This document shows, piece after piece, positions 12,401 through 24,100 of a stretch of 64,000 bases of DNA; the first letter of the stretch is position 1, and every line of letters begins with the position of its first letter. The notes beneath the pieces are model-generated. The model was not told the origin of the DNA and searched no databases. It was given only the letters and a program-made list of their open reading frames with translations. This DNA comes from Lingula anatina (taxonomy: Eukaryota > Animalia > Brachiopoda). The translations under genes were made by a program, and so were the position numbers. The stretch is taken from contig CM120640.1 in assembly GCA_051362555.1 (NCBI GenBank), positions 13,516,001 through 13,580,000 on the forward strand. The letters are read 5' to 3'.

Positions 12401-13144
12401 GTTATACCCAGTCAGTATGCTGGTAAGTATGCAGTACATTACCATTGCAGTGTTTTAGAGACCATTCCCAGACCCTATCGTACTAACTTTGGATCAAACA
12501 ATCTCCAAGGGGATTCTCGCTTAATTGCAATTTATTTGAGCAGCTTAGATGTTTGTCACGCCTACTGAAGCTGATAAGAGGTAATTAACAATCGTTTAGC
12601 AGCTTTAGTAGGCGTCCCAGACATCTGAGCCATCTCCACTTAAGCTGGAGATGGACCGATCCTGTCAGATCGATGGGAACTCAGTCTTACTCTCTTAGAA
12701 AGGTGTTAGAAAAATTATTTATTAATATGTACATTATAAACAAATTGGTATGTGCCCATCTTCAAATTATTAAGTATATTATGTAAATTCAGACGAGTCC
12801 TAAGCAGGCATTTTAACACCCATATGCTACAACTTATATTGCATCAGCCACAGTCAAAACCGATCTGTATATCATCTATAGACATTTGATTGGTTGTGAA
12901 CATTTTACATAAAATTAGTGTTAAATGTAGTATGGGGGGGGGGGGGGGGGGTATTAATAGTGTGTAAAGAAAAATCAACTTATTTACTTCTTTTTCAATT
13001 TTAGAATCACCTGACAAAGATACAAAGAATTCTGATTTGATGAAAATAACTTATAAACCATCACTTAAATATTTTGAAGAAGAACTCATGGAAAACATGG
13101 GTATAGAAGAGAAGAGAAAGAGAGCAAAAACATACTGGTATTAA
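6406..13144 (+). CDS. MRPL24: Mitochondrial ribosomal protein uL24m (39S L24), 5 coding exons
   Basis: Exons 6406-6669, 10846-10941, 11810-11922, 12286-12422, 13005-13144 splice in frame. Diagnostic segments: [23 protein letters not shown] (KOW), [50 protein letters not shown], and C-terminus [15 protein letters not shown]. Confidence 0.93.
7743..8777 (-). CDS. ADK: Adenosine kinase (PfkB/ribokinase family), 344-aa uninterrupted ORF nested antisense in an MRPL24 intron
   Basis: From ATG 8777: [56 protein letters not shown], and the PfkB anion-hole motif [16 protein letters not shown]. The provided ORF start at 9017 is upstream intronic read-through. Confidence 0.95.
   Translation of the reverse strand: MAADVPEGVLLGLGNPLLDMTVTADVEFLKKYDLEANNAIIAEEKHEGMFRELTEKYKPTYMPGGATQNSIRVAQWLLGKSNATTFMGCVGQDDLAEILRNKAAEVGVNVHYQVNKDYPTGVCASIITGENRSLVSSLGAANYLNVDFLDDPETWALVEKAQFYYIGGFVFPVCTEAIMKIAKHAAEKKKTLVMNLSAGFLCRYFADPDIDIMPYIDILIGNENEAERFTSRAGIETDDLKEMASKTVDLPKKNKDRKRIVLFTQGRDPMVAAAEGEVKEYPVTPVDPSIIKDTNGCGDAFMGGFLSQVVQGRPIEDCIRCGQYAAKTVIQHWGCNYPDTPDFK
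9975..9980 (-). CDS. ADK: Candidate upstream coding exon end (ATG CAG) of a long ADK isoform
   Basis: Minus strand ATGCAG|GTAAGTAG is a consensus donor in phase 0. It matches the phase-0 acceptor TTTCCCAG| at 8819, which adds [14 protein letters not shown] in frame. Confidence 0.5.
12456..12697. repeat. Degenerate fold-back (MITE-like) element in an MRPL24 intron
   Basis: gcttagatgtttgtcacgcctactgaagctgataa (about 12543) is the reverse complement, with mismatches, of ttagcagctttagtaggcgtcccagacatctgagc (about 12596-12630). The outer arms are weak and the boundaries are approximate. Confidence 0.45.
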
Positions 13145-14686
13145 ACATTTGAGAGGCAGTTATAGGGACTGGAAGGCACGCAAATGACTTATCTGGGAGG
13201 AGGGGTGAAAGCAAGAAATTATGACATTGTTTTACTATCCAGCTGTTGTTACTCCCTTGCAGTTGAAAGAAAGCATTTGATGAGTTAAAACAAAAACTTG
13301 AGGCATTATTGCTTGGGAATATTCAACTGTTATCACTATGGGATCAGGCAGAAAGGAAAAAAAGAAGAATCAGGTTCTGTGTAGCAGCCAGCAGTGGAAT
13401 ATAGTACAGGACTAAACTAATAGTCAATACCAGTGTGTTAGACATCACATAATATATAAATTTCAAATTGGTTTGAAGAAAGACATTCTTTAAATAGTGA
13501 CAATAAGTTGATGTATTTACATTGAAATTTATATTGCTAAAGAAAGTGGTATCACAAAACAAATCTTGGGGATGCGTTTTATGTACAGATTTCAATTTAT
13601 TCTTGTGTCTTCATAAGTTGTTCACAGACAGCTGTAAAATGCACCTTGTTTTCAACTTTACAAACAAGCAAAATAAATGAATAAATGAAATTTAACATGT
13701 TTGTCAATCATTAAGTAATAAAAAAAATTTAAGTAGATAAGATTTCAAGTAGAAAAGATTTTATGTAAGCACAATATAGTAGATTCTGTTGTAGACTAGA
13801 CAGCAAACAATGTTAAATTGTAACATTCAAAGCTGAATAAATTATTATTATTATTATTAATTATTATTTTACACGACCACTTAATCATGTGTACGCAATG
13901 GTCATATGCCTTAAAGTTTGCTATTCTAGTGAAAAAGCATATATAAAAAAGGTCTTAAAAACTTTGGGATGAAAAAAAATTATTTTGTTCAGTTGATCAT
14001 GAATTGGAATGTATTAAGTAGGAATTTGTTCAAAGGAATCGAGTCAAATTGTAAAATTGGTGTGAACTTAATAATCAACTTGACAAACTTTGGTATACAT
14101 GTATAAAACATATGCATTGAAAATTGTAAGGTTAAAAAATAAAAAAGACTGACAAAATTATTTTTAAACAAAACAGAAATTTTCCCTTACAAAATACTTA
14201 AATTCAGGCAACATGCCATTATTTACAAATATAAAATCTAATTTAAGATTTTTTGAAATTGGTCATATTGCAAATAGTTACCTTAAATTTACTTTGAAAA
14301 ACAATAATGCTAGAATTAAAGCATTCCATTTGACACCTTTTGACTTTAAATATCTGAATGACTTCCATGAACATGGATAAAGATGTTATAAAAATGGGGA
14401 GGTACTAAGAATACAAATTTAATGTACAATCCCATATGTACACTTACTTAGTATAAAGTGACAAATATAGAAAACTGTCTCCCTTAATTGATCTTACAGA
14501 TTTTTCTCTTATTTTTCTAAAAATACAAATAACTTTTGATACTTGTGCCCTTCAAATTTTTTTACATCTTAATAAAAAATAATATCACTAAAAGAAATCC
14601 ACTGAAAAACTGTTTCTGATCTTTTTAACGGGTTCCATTTTCACCACTGTCTTTGAGTCATATTGAGACACTTGTTATTGCACACC

Positions 14687-17600
14687 TTATGCTTCATCAT
14701 AGATCGGTTCATCAAAGTTTTCATCGAAGTCCTCATCTGGTTCATCTTTGTAATAATCTCCTTCAAGCAGCTTCTTTTTAAACCTTGGTGGTAGATCATG
14801 GTAGAAAAAGGTGCCTGGAAATGTAAGCTTTTAGGTTTTCATTGGCTGAAATTAGTATAGCTTACAGGCTGGGATTGACCAGACTGCATAACAGTATATG
14901 GTTGTTACGTTTTGTTTAATCCAAAGCATTTTTTTCAAGTAACACAGTAAGCATTGAACCTTTACATTGAACTATTTAATTTTCCTGGAAATTTTGACAC
15001 TCCCATTATCACAAATGACAAATGTAATTCATATGTAATCCTGTTTTTGAGTTTTAATTTTGTTATTTTAAAGCAAGCCTCATCAGTGGAGATGAGTAAT
15101 AATCATTGTTAAAATCAGAAATTACGAGCTTTAATATTACTTTATCAATAGTAATTTTCTGGATTGAATGGTTTTGAATAGGGTGTATCTTGGTGACTAA
15201 GGGAAAATTAATTTCCAGATAAATTCAGTTTTTGGTTTAATAAAATCTAAGGTGAAATACATGCTTTTGAAGATTTACAAAATCCACAGATTTAAATAAT
15301 TGTGCTTGACCCTTGAAAATGTGTAGTTACTTTTGATTCCTTTAGGAAGAAACTCCTCTGCATTCATCACACACCCCCATTTCTGGTACTGCCGTAGGAG
15401 TTTATCCCATACTTTATCACATTTCAGCAACTTTTGGTTCCCTGAAACAAGTCAACATAATACAAATGAAACCACACTTTTAGTAGAAAAGGAAAAAGAA
15501 AAAAAAAGCAAATTTCATCAGTTCTACTTCAAAATCCAGTAGCTATACACATATAATTAAATCAGCCTTAGTACAAACCCTTAATTTCATAATCCCTAAT
15601 AACATAACATACTTCCGTAAGGCTTATATAAGTTCATATTTTACCTATGATAATCAGGCATTTTCTGGCTCTTGTTAGAGCTACATTTATCTGGTGAGCA
15701 TCCACTATAAATCCCAAATTCCGTTTAAGCCAGCCAATATTTGACTTGTCAATTATCTCATATTCTGGGATTGAGCACACAGTGGTGAATATCACAATGT
15801 CCCACTCTCCTCCTGTAAAAAGGCATTCTTCCAATGAGGGTTTCATTACAAAAAAGAATGTCAGTAAATGCTTCAAATTCCTCGGTGTTACTGTATTGTT
15901 ATATCAGTATTAGAAAATGAACAGCAAATTCTTAAAATAAAACAGAATCAAAATACTAATGCAATTTTAAAAAATGCAACAATAATTTTTTAAAAGATGA
16001 TACTTTTCTTAATGTGTCAAGCCAATGAACAGACAGGACCTTGACTAGCAACCACTGTGCTAACGTTAGCGTTTCTCCCTTCCAGTTTGCTCCGGATAGC
16101 ATTGACTTGTGCACGATACTGACTAAGAATCATGATGGTTGAGGAAGGGACATTCAGGCCAGTTTTGCTGGTGAGAATGTCAAATATTCTAACCTGATAA
16201 AAGAGAAAATATTGATTAGAATACTATTCACAAAAATGATAACTACCGCAAATGAGAAGAATTGGCCAAGTTATTTTAGTAATTAATTGATATATAGTAA
16301 TTTCTCTCCTCCTACATAGGAAAATATTCAAAAAGCATCACAGTTGTGATTAAAAGCATCAATTATACTGCATCTGATGTTCATATGAGAAATGAATGTA
16401 ATGAATACAAGTTCTATTTCATTTATGGACTTACCACTTCTTCAACTTCCTTCATATTCTTTTTTGACATTTCGCTCCCTTCATTGGTTGAAATAACTAA
16501 ACTTTCCTCCTCTCCTTCCAAATGGAGAAATTTGTATCTTCTTGTCTCCAACCAAAATCGTTTATCTTTAACACCACGAGAAAGGAAGTCGTTTGCACTC
16601 ATGACACATCTTTCCTTCTCATAAATCTGAAGAATCCTCCTCCATGTTTTGTCACACTTCAGCAAAGTCTTGTTTCCTGTCAAGTAGTAGAAAACAGTTC
16701 AGTGTGACACTAAAATCAAGCCAGCTAAACCTGACATATGAAGGAACAATCTTGAACAGCACTAGCGTAAATATGGAAGACTGACAAAATATAAAATACA
16801 GCTACATACACATTTTTGGCTCTGATGCCAAGCATACAGGGCCAAAATTATTGAAAGAGTAACAAACCAAGAAAAATAATCCACAATGGCTGTTTTAATT
16901 CAGATATGAACTGTATCTTAAGTTAGTCTTATGAAACTTTTATTCAGTTTGAGAAAAAATAGCACAAGTTTTTTGTGCGTGTGTGTGTGTTTTGTTTATA
17001 CCCCCCGTCAAACTTATTCGGAATCAGCAGGAATGAAGAAGAATGAGCCTGAATGAAGAATTTTAAAATTCGCACCACATTTGGGGAAAATTTCAAATTG
17101 ACCTTAATTATTATAAGAGTACCGTTAGAATACTCAGAATGCGCTTGAATTCGCCTGGAATAATGAGTGCACTTTCGACTGCATTAGCTCTCAAAAGCAG
17201 TTGGAATGTAGTTGGAAAACTAGGAATATTTATAATGCTGTAAGAAGGCAGTAAGAATATTTAGAATATACTTTGAACGGCGCCCTTGTGTAGTTCGATT
17301 GCTGGCAACATTAATATTTCAGCTCATCCGAACATTCGAAACATTCTGGCGGGATATAAAATCCCTATCACACTAGAGGCAGAATGATTAAGAATGGCAT
17401 CTGAAATACAATTCTTTGTGCATTCCAGGATATTAGAAGAGTATTCTAAAAAAATTATAAAAATTCTGAGTGCATTCCAAATATTTTTACTCATTCTTGT
17501 GGCCGGCTCGAATGTTTTTGTCATGTCGAAAACTTTCGAAATGCATTCCAAGAGGAAATTTATCGCAATATCCCTACAGTATTCCAACTACATTCGAGAC

Positions 17601-20600
17601 GCAATTGAAAGGTAAAATACCTGGAATGTGCAAGAATCATTCCAGGTGGGTTCGATGTGCATTCTCAGTATTCCAGAGGCATTCTTACAAAGCCGTAATA
17701 TTTTATGATAATTTGAAATTCCCTCCAGAATATGGTACAAATTTTTTAATTTAGTAATTCTGGCTTGATTCCTACTTATTTCGAATAAGTTTGACGGGGG
17801 CTTTAAGTCACTTGTCAGTTCGAATATTCCTCTAATGTGATCAGAATGTTTTGAATGCTGTCGAAATGCCGTGAGAATATTTAGAATGCAGTCATAGTGC
17901 AGTTAGAATACTGTTCAAATGCCATTCAATAAATTTCCACTTGGAATGCACTTCGACAAAAACATTCGGGATGCCACAAGAATGGGTAAAAATATTTAGA
18001 ATGCACTCGGAATTTTTAGAATGCTCTTTGAATATCCAGGAGCGCACAAAGAATTGTCATTCCGCCTCTAGTGTGATGGGGGTATTAGAGTGCACAAAAT
18101 AAGCTTTTTTTGTCAATCTTGATGCAACATGACATAATCATGTCATCAATTTTTTATCATATACTATTATTATTGTGAATTCAATAATACAATAAGGCTG
18201 TTTTTTTTTCATATTCCAGCTTTATATGGTCATAGGAATTGTTTTTGTAAGGTTAAAAAAAGTACTCTGTTTTTCCTTCTCTGGTGTTAAAAAGGCAACC
18301 AATTTAAAGACACTGGTACATATAACTGCTAAATATCCAGACACAGTGTCTGATCACAAAATAATCTAAGCACGGTAATGACTTAATCTGAATGAATTTA
18401 TCAAAATAATTATACCTAAAACTATTTTAAATGTGTTCTAAACAGGCTATGTGTCAACAAAGAAAAAAATTGAAGTACGTAATTTCTTTTATGTGCATGT
18501 AGTTGCTTAGCACTTGTAACTGTCACACTTTAACCATGCATCCAGCCTTCAAATTTTTATCAAATGAAGCACAGTTTCAAAATCAACAACCTATCATAAT
18601 TATCTTCTTCCTTGCTCTTCTATATGCCACATCACATATTTGCTCCTTCACAACATGAGGAAGTCCAAGCTGTTTTTTTCGCCAGTCTGCATCTAACCGA
18701 AACTGATCAATCTCATCTTCAGGAAGAGAGCACACAGCTGAGAAGATGACAATGTCCCACTTCATATGCAGCATTTCAGGTTCTTAAAATATGAAAAAAA
18801 TCAACATAAAATGGTTAACCTCAGAGTCAGTCAAAAGGAGACATAGTATTATGGTTCCAAACCATTTGTCATTCCAAAGCATTGCTCATTTTGTACATAC
18901 TAAAAAATAGCTTTTACATAATAATGATTCATTATTCACTGGTACATGTACTTTTATACCACCAGTTTGGTAGAAAATTGAGCAATCATCACAGAACTAC
19001 TACATGCTTTAACTTCAAAACATTCCAAAAACCTCAATTTACTTTGAATATCAGCAACAAGTTTGACATTTTCAGGATTCTCTTTCTTCTGATTGTCAGC
19101 AACATGTATGACGTTTTCATTTTCAAGTTTCCTAATCATCTCCTGAATGGCCATGGCCTGAGCAGGGTACTGGGTCAGGATCATGATGTTTGTTGGAGGT
19201 ATTTTTAATCCATCTCTGCTGGTGAGAATATCATATATCCACCCCTTGAAGTGTACAACATTTTGTATCAATTACTGTTGTAAATGCAGTGGACTATAGA
19301 AAGAATGGTTGCTAGTTTACTGTTATTATTTCAACAGCAGATAAAAAGTTATCTGGCTAACATTCTATCCATTAGATTGAGCTTACCTTGGTAATGAATT
19401 AGGTGCAAAAACTGTTAATGCCCATCACAAATGTATTTTTCTACATAATTACTGCATGAACAGAAGTTTATAATGATTAAATACTCACAACTTCTTGTAC
19501 TTCATCCATATTCTGCTTAGATGGAATATTGGTCTTTGGCATGGTGACAATCTCTTGTTTTCCTTCAATATGAAGGAATTTATATCCCTTGGTTTGATAC
19601 CACAGACCTTTAGCTAAGTTGGAATAATCTTTCAAGGCTGACTCTTCTGTGAAACTAAGCGCCTTCCCATCCTTCAGTTCTCCGTCATAAAATTCCCATG
19701 ATGGAAAATGACAGATATCTGGGTGCTGAAGGTATACAATAAGATCACATAAAATCTTTCAGTAAGAGTGGACCTTATTGTATTCATTTAATTTCTTCCT
19801 AGAATAGAGGGTACTGGAGGAGACAGGATTGTGCTGGAAGTGACCTGTAGTGGTTTAAGACGTGAAGCCGACTAGTCATCTAAAAACTTGTCAAAATCTT
19901 TAAAAAAGCACAGCAATCGTGGTTCGGTGCGCTTCAGTTGTCAGTTGCAAACTACTTCCTGGTTTTCACAAGGTCCTTCAAGGACTCTAAAACATCGTTA
20001 TAATTGCGGCACATACCATAAATCACCCAAAAATGATTAGATATGGGCATATCAGATTACATAAATGCAAAAATTCCACATGACAAAGATTCACAACCTC
20101 TTGGGAATTCTTTTCCCATGACACTCTTTATTGCGCTGTTGGTCGATGCAGCATATCTTTCAAAACAAAATAACTATAAATTAAGCATGATTTTGCACCT
20201 TCAAGTATTGTAACATGTTTTCATATCATGTACCTATTATTTCATCTAGTATTTTCTGCCCAAAATACCAAGAGAAAAAATGTTATCTCACTATGTTATT
20301 GGCAAAACTGCTTTTTTCTCTGAGCCCACATCTTCACTCCCGTTCACCTCCAGCTAAAAATGACCACTCAGCGTCTTACACCACTTGACGTCACATGATG
20401 TCACACTTCCGGCACAATCCTGTCTCCTCTGGTACTCTCTACTGAGACTGGTATTAGTGTAGCATTTGATAGCAAAGTGTCATCAATAATGTACAGTACT
20501 TGATGCATGTTTTTAAATTTTTTTTGGCAATATTTCTATAATCAAGAAATAAACAGAACATACAACCAGTATGTGGTTCATTTCTGACTATCTGTCACAT

Positions 20601-21085
20601 TCAATTGTAATTCAAGATATCCATAAAAACTAAAATTGTATGAAGTTTCACTTATACATTTGTAATATGCACAAGATATGCTACCATTAAAAAAAAATTA
20701 TGGCTGTATGATGAAACCTCTTATAAAAATTGCGTATGCATGCCAAATATTGCTGATAATTGAAAAATGATTGGCATTTCAGGAAGGTGAAAAGCACTTT
20801 AAAACCTGTGGATAAAAACAAGAAAAAATTTACCACAAAAAGGAAGTATTTAGATTTTTTACCCACAAGTAACCCCAGGAGTTTTTAGCTTATAACCATA
20901 TATTTGATACAGTTAGTGATTACAAGTCCTTAGTTATTGAAAAAAATCACTATATTTGTAAATTTGTTCAACATTTTAGGACAATGAGTAAAATGGCAAC
21001 ATTGCTGCCCAGTTATCGTAGTTACAATAAATGTCCATGTCTGGTAATGCAAACTGCATTTTGTACTGCTTCTACTTTAGCTGTA

Positions 21086-21120
<35 letters not shown>

Positions 21121-24100
21121 ATCAACTCGGGAGTATTCATTGGGACATGCTTAAATTCAACTAAAAACCTACCATTCTGTACTGAAAATCAAGCATAACT
21201 TTGGCGGGTCCATTGTCTGCAAAAGATGCATAGCGTTCAAACAGGGACTTTGCAAGGCCAAATTCACTAGCAGTGTTGTTCTTGATGATAGGCCTCAGTT
21301 GTTTGTGGTCACCAATCAGAATAACCTGCTTGGCTTTTGATGAGACAATAGGTATCAGGCTCTCTGCTTCTACGCACATTCCACTTTCATCTACAATACA
21401 CTGCTCAAAGCTGCTGACCCCTGTTATTTTAGGAGTTCCACTTGTGGTGCATGTGCATAGAATGACATCATGAGAACGGATCTCTTCTTCTTCTGCCTTA
21501 GCAACCAGCTTTCTGTATTTATCTAAATCTTCATCTGAAACATCATACTTAACTGGGTCCTCAAAGAACTTTTTGAAGTCTGCATCGAACTTGAGTAGCC
21601 GGGTGGCATTAGGCTTTCCTTTCTTCCTGATGATGTGATGAAGAGCCACATCTTTGTGGGCAGATGTAGAAACTACCTCTTTTTCTGTCCACGATAAAGA
21701 CTGTTTTGGCACAGGGTAGTCATGAAGAACTATGCTGTCACCATACACTCTGAGTATTCTGGGGCATATAGAGGGCCTCTTGTCTTTGGCGTTGACAGAT
21801 TTTGGATCAAATTTTCTCTTCAGAAAATCTAGAAAATGATTGAACTTGAATTAATTATGATGTATGAATTTAGCATCAAGTCCTAAATTGTATTTCCTAG
21901 GATAAAAAAATGTTTAAACCAAAATATTATGCATCTATTACCTGTGACCACATCCACTGATTTATTAGATGGTCCACAATACAGAATTTGTTTAGGAGAT
22001 TTTCTTCCAAATTTCTCCCTGTTCCACTGAACAAAAAGGTACACGAGGCGAATACCAGTCAAAGACTTCCCAGTGCCTGAAGCAGTAAGAATTCTTGAAT
22101 CAGTATCATTTACCCAAAGCAAACTAATACCTCAGTTCTGTATCTTATTTCATACCTTTAATTTCATGTCTTTTAATTTTCAGCATACTTTTATCAGTAA
22201 AAGAGTTTATTTTTTATCTTACAACATAACAAAAAGATAGTGTTATGAAGGCTGAGATGAGACTATATAAATGTCACATTTATCCAATTTTGTGTCTAAA
22301 AGTCTCACCAGGTGGACCTTGAATCAAGGCAAATGGCTTAAGTAGAGCCTCTTTGCAAGCATCCTTTTGTCTCGGATTTGCTTTTGGAAGATAGTTTTCC
22401 AGGTAAGGCGCAATTCTCTGGTCCCTGTTCTTCATTGTGTTGATCGCACGTCGTTTAACCTCCACTCCATACTTTTGTTTCATTTTCTCTATTCTCTCAT
22501 CTTCTGCTTCTTTCCATGCAAGACGCTCTTCTTCTGCTTCAGGATCTATTTCATGCTTTAGAAAAAAGCTTTCAACTTCTTCTTTACCTTTTAAAAGTAA
22601 AAAAATGTATGCCATTAATAAAATATACAACTATTCCAGTTTCAAAAATTGATATTCATGAATTAACAGAATTATTAAAATAATAAAATGAAAAAAGGAG
22701 AATGAAGACAAAAAGAGACCCATCCCAGAAAACATTCAAATGAAAAAAATTGTTTGTCATTACAAGCAATAGAAAAGGCAGATATTAGCATCATATAACA
22801 TCATGCAATACGTAGGTTGAATGAGCAGGTGACGTGGTAAATATCACCTTGTCCAAGTTGGTATTGCTCCTATTTTAGATAGGATGTTTCTGTAAATTAA
22901 TTCATGCTGTATATTAAAAAAAAAGATTGTTCTTCAATTTCAATCAATTACCATAGTGAAGTGAAAATGTACACAATTTAAACTTTTAAGGATACTGAGT
23001 AGGTCATCATGCATCATATAAAAAATGCATGTGTATTTTCTTGAGTACATACTTCTGCCTTCTAAATTCCCCATCAGGTCAGTATTTCCCAGTGCTATTT
23101 TTTGTGGCAGCTGTCCATGTTGTGTATCTGAAAGTTCCCTCACTGCCCACTCCATTCGTCTGGTACAACATAAAAACAAAGAGCAACATATCACATACAT
23201 CAAGTTCAGATCTGTAATATATTACTTTTTAATTTCAACTGCCATTTTGTTATTTTCCCTCTATGACATCTTCTTTACACAAAGGATTAAATTAGACTTA
23301 ATTTTTGGATTCACTACTTAAGCTAATTGAACACAGGTTTCATAGGTAATGAGCATCTTATTATTTTTCTATGTGAAGATTTCAGTCTACAACTTGATAA
23401 AACATACCTATCTGGCAAAGTTTTTGAGATGATCTCCACAATGCATGGCAGAGCAGTGTTTTTGTCTTGACTTCTCTCAAATATCACAGCAGGCACATCA
23501 TTCCCTTTTAACTTGAAATATACAGTCAAGGCTCCTTTCTGTTCAACATGTAATACCAAACCATGAGCAATCCACATTGCTGCTTTGGACTTCACACTGG
23601 CTAGAACAAACTTGGCACTGTCACTCTCAATGGGATACTCTGCAGGTAGCTGTGGATACATAATACACAGATAGTCAAAGTATTGCTTGGTGTCCCGCAA
23701 CTTACTCTCAAGAAAATCCTCTGATGAATCATCTTGAAGGTTGAGACGTATGTGCCTGTCTTCACAGAAAGTGTGCCCCATCTTGAATTTTCCAAAATAG
23801 ATATTTTCTCTCTTAATCCATTGCACTCTAACATTCTGGATACTGACTGATTGATCATTTGTAACAGCACTTACAGCTGCTTCAAGCTGAAGTAGAGAGA
23901 GCAGAGTATCTTGATAGGCTTTCACATTTTTGTATGTTTCCTCCAGATGACGAGCAGTTGACAGTTTGCAGAATGCATCAACAGGATCTGCACGATGTTG
24001 CATACAAAGGTGAACATGCTCAGACAGACTAAAAGCTGCCAAGTGGGGTTGAAGAATGCCACGTTTCAGTTTTGAGCTAAGCAAAACTTGGACTACACTT

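Noticed and set aside
17324-17754. Overlapping 70-95-aa ORFs
   Set aside because: They arise from GAAT/ATTC-rich MITE sequence and show no transposase motifs.
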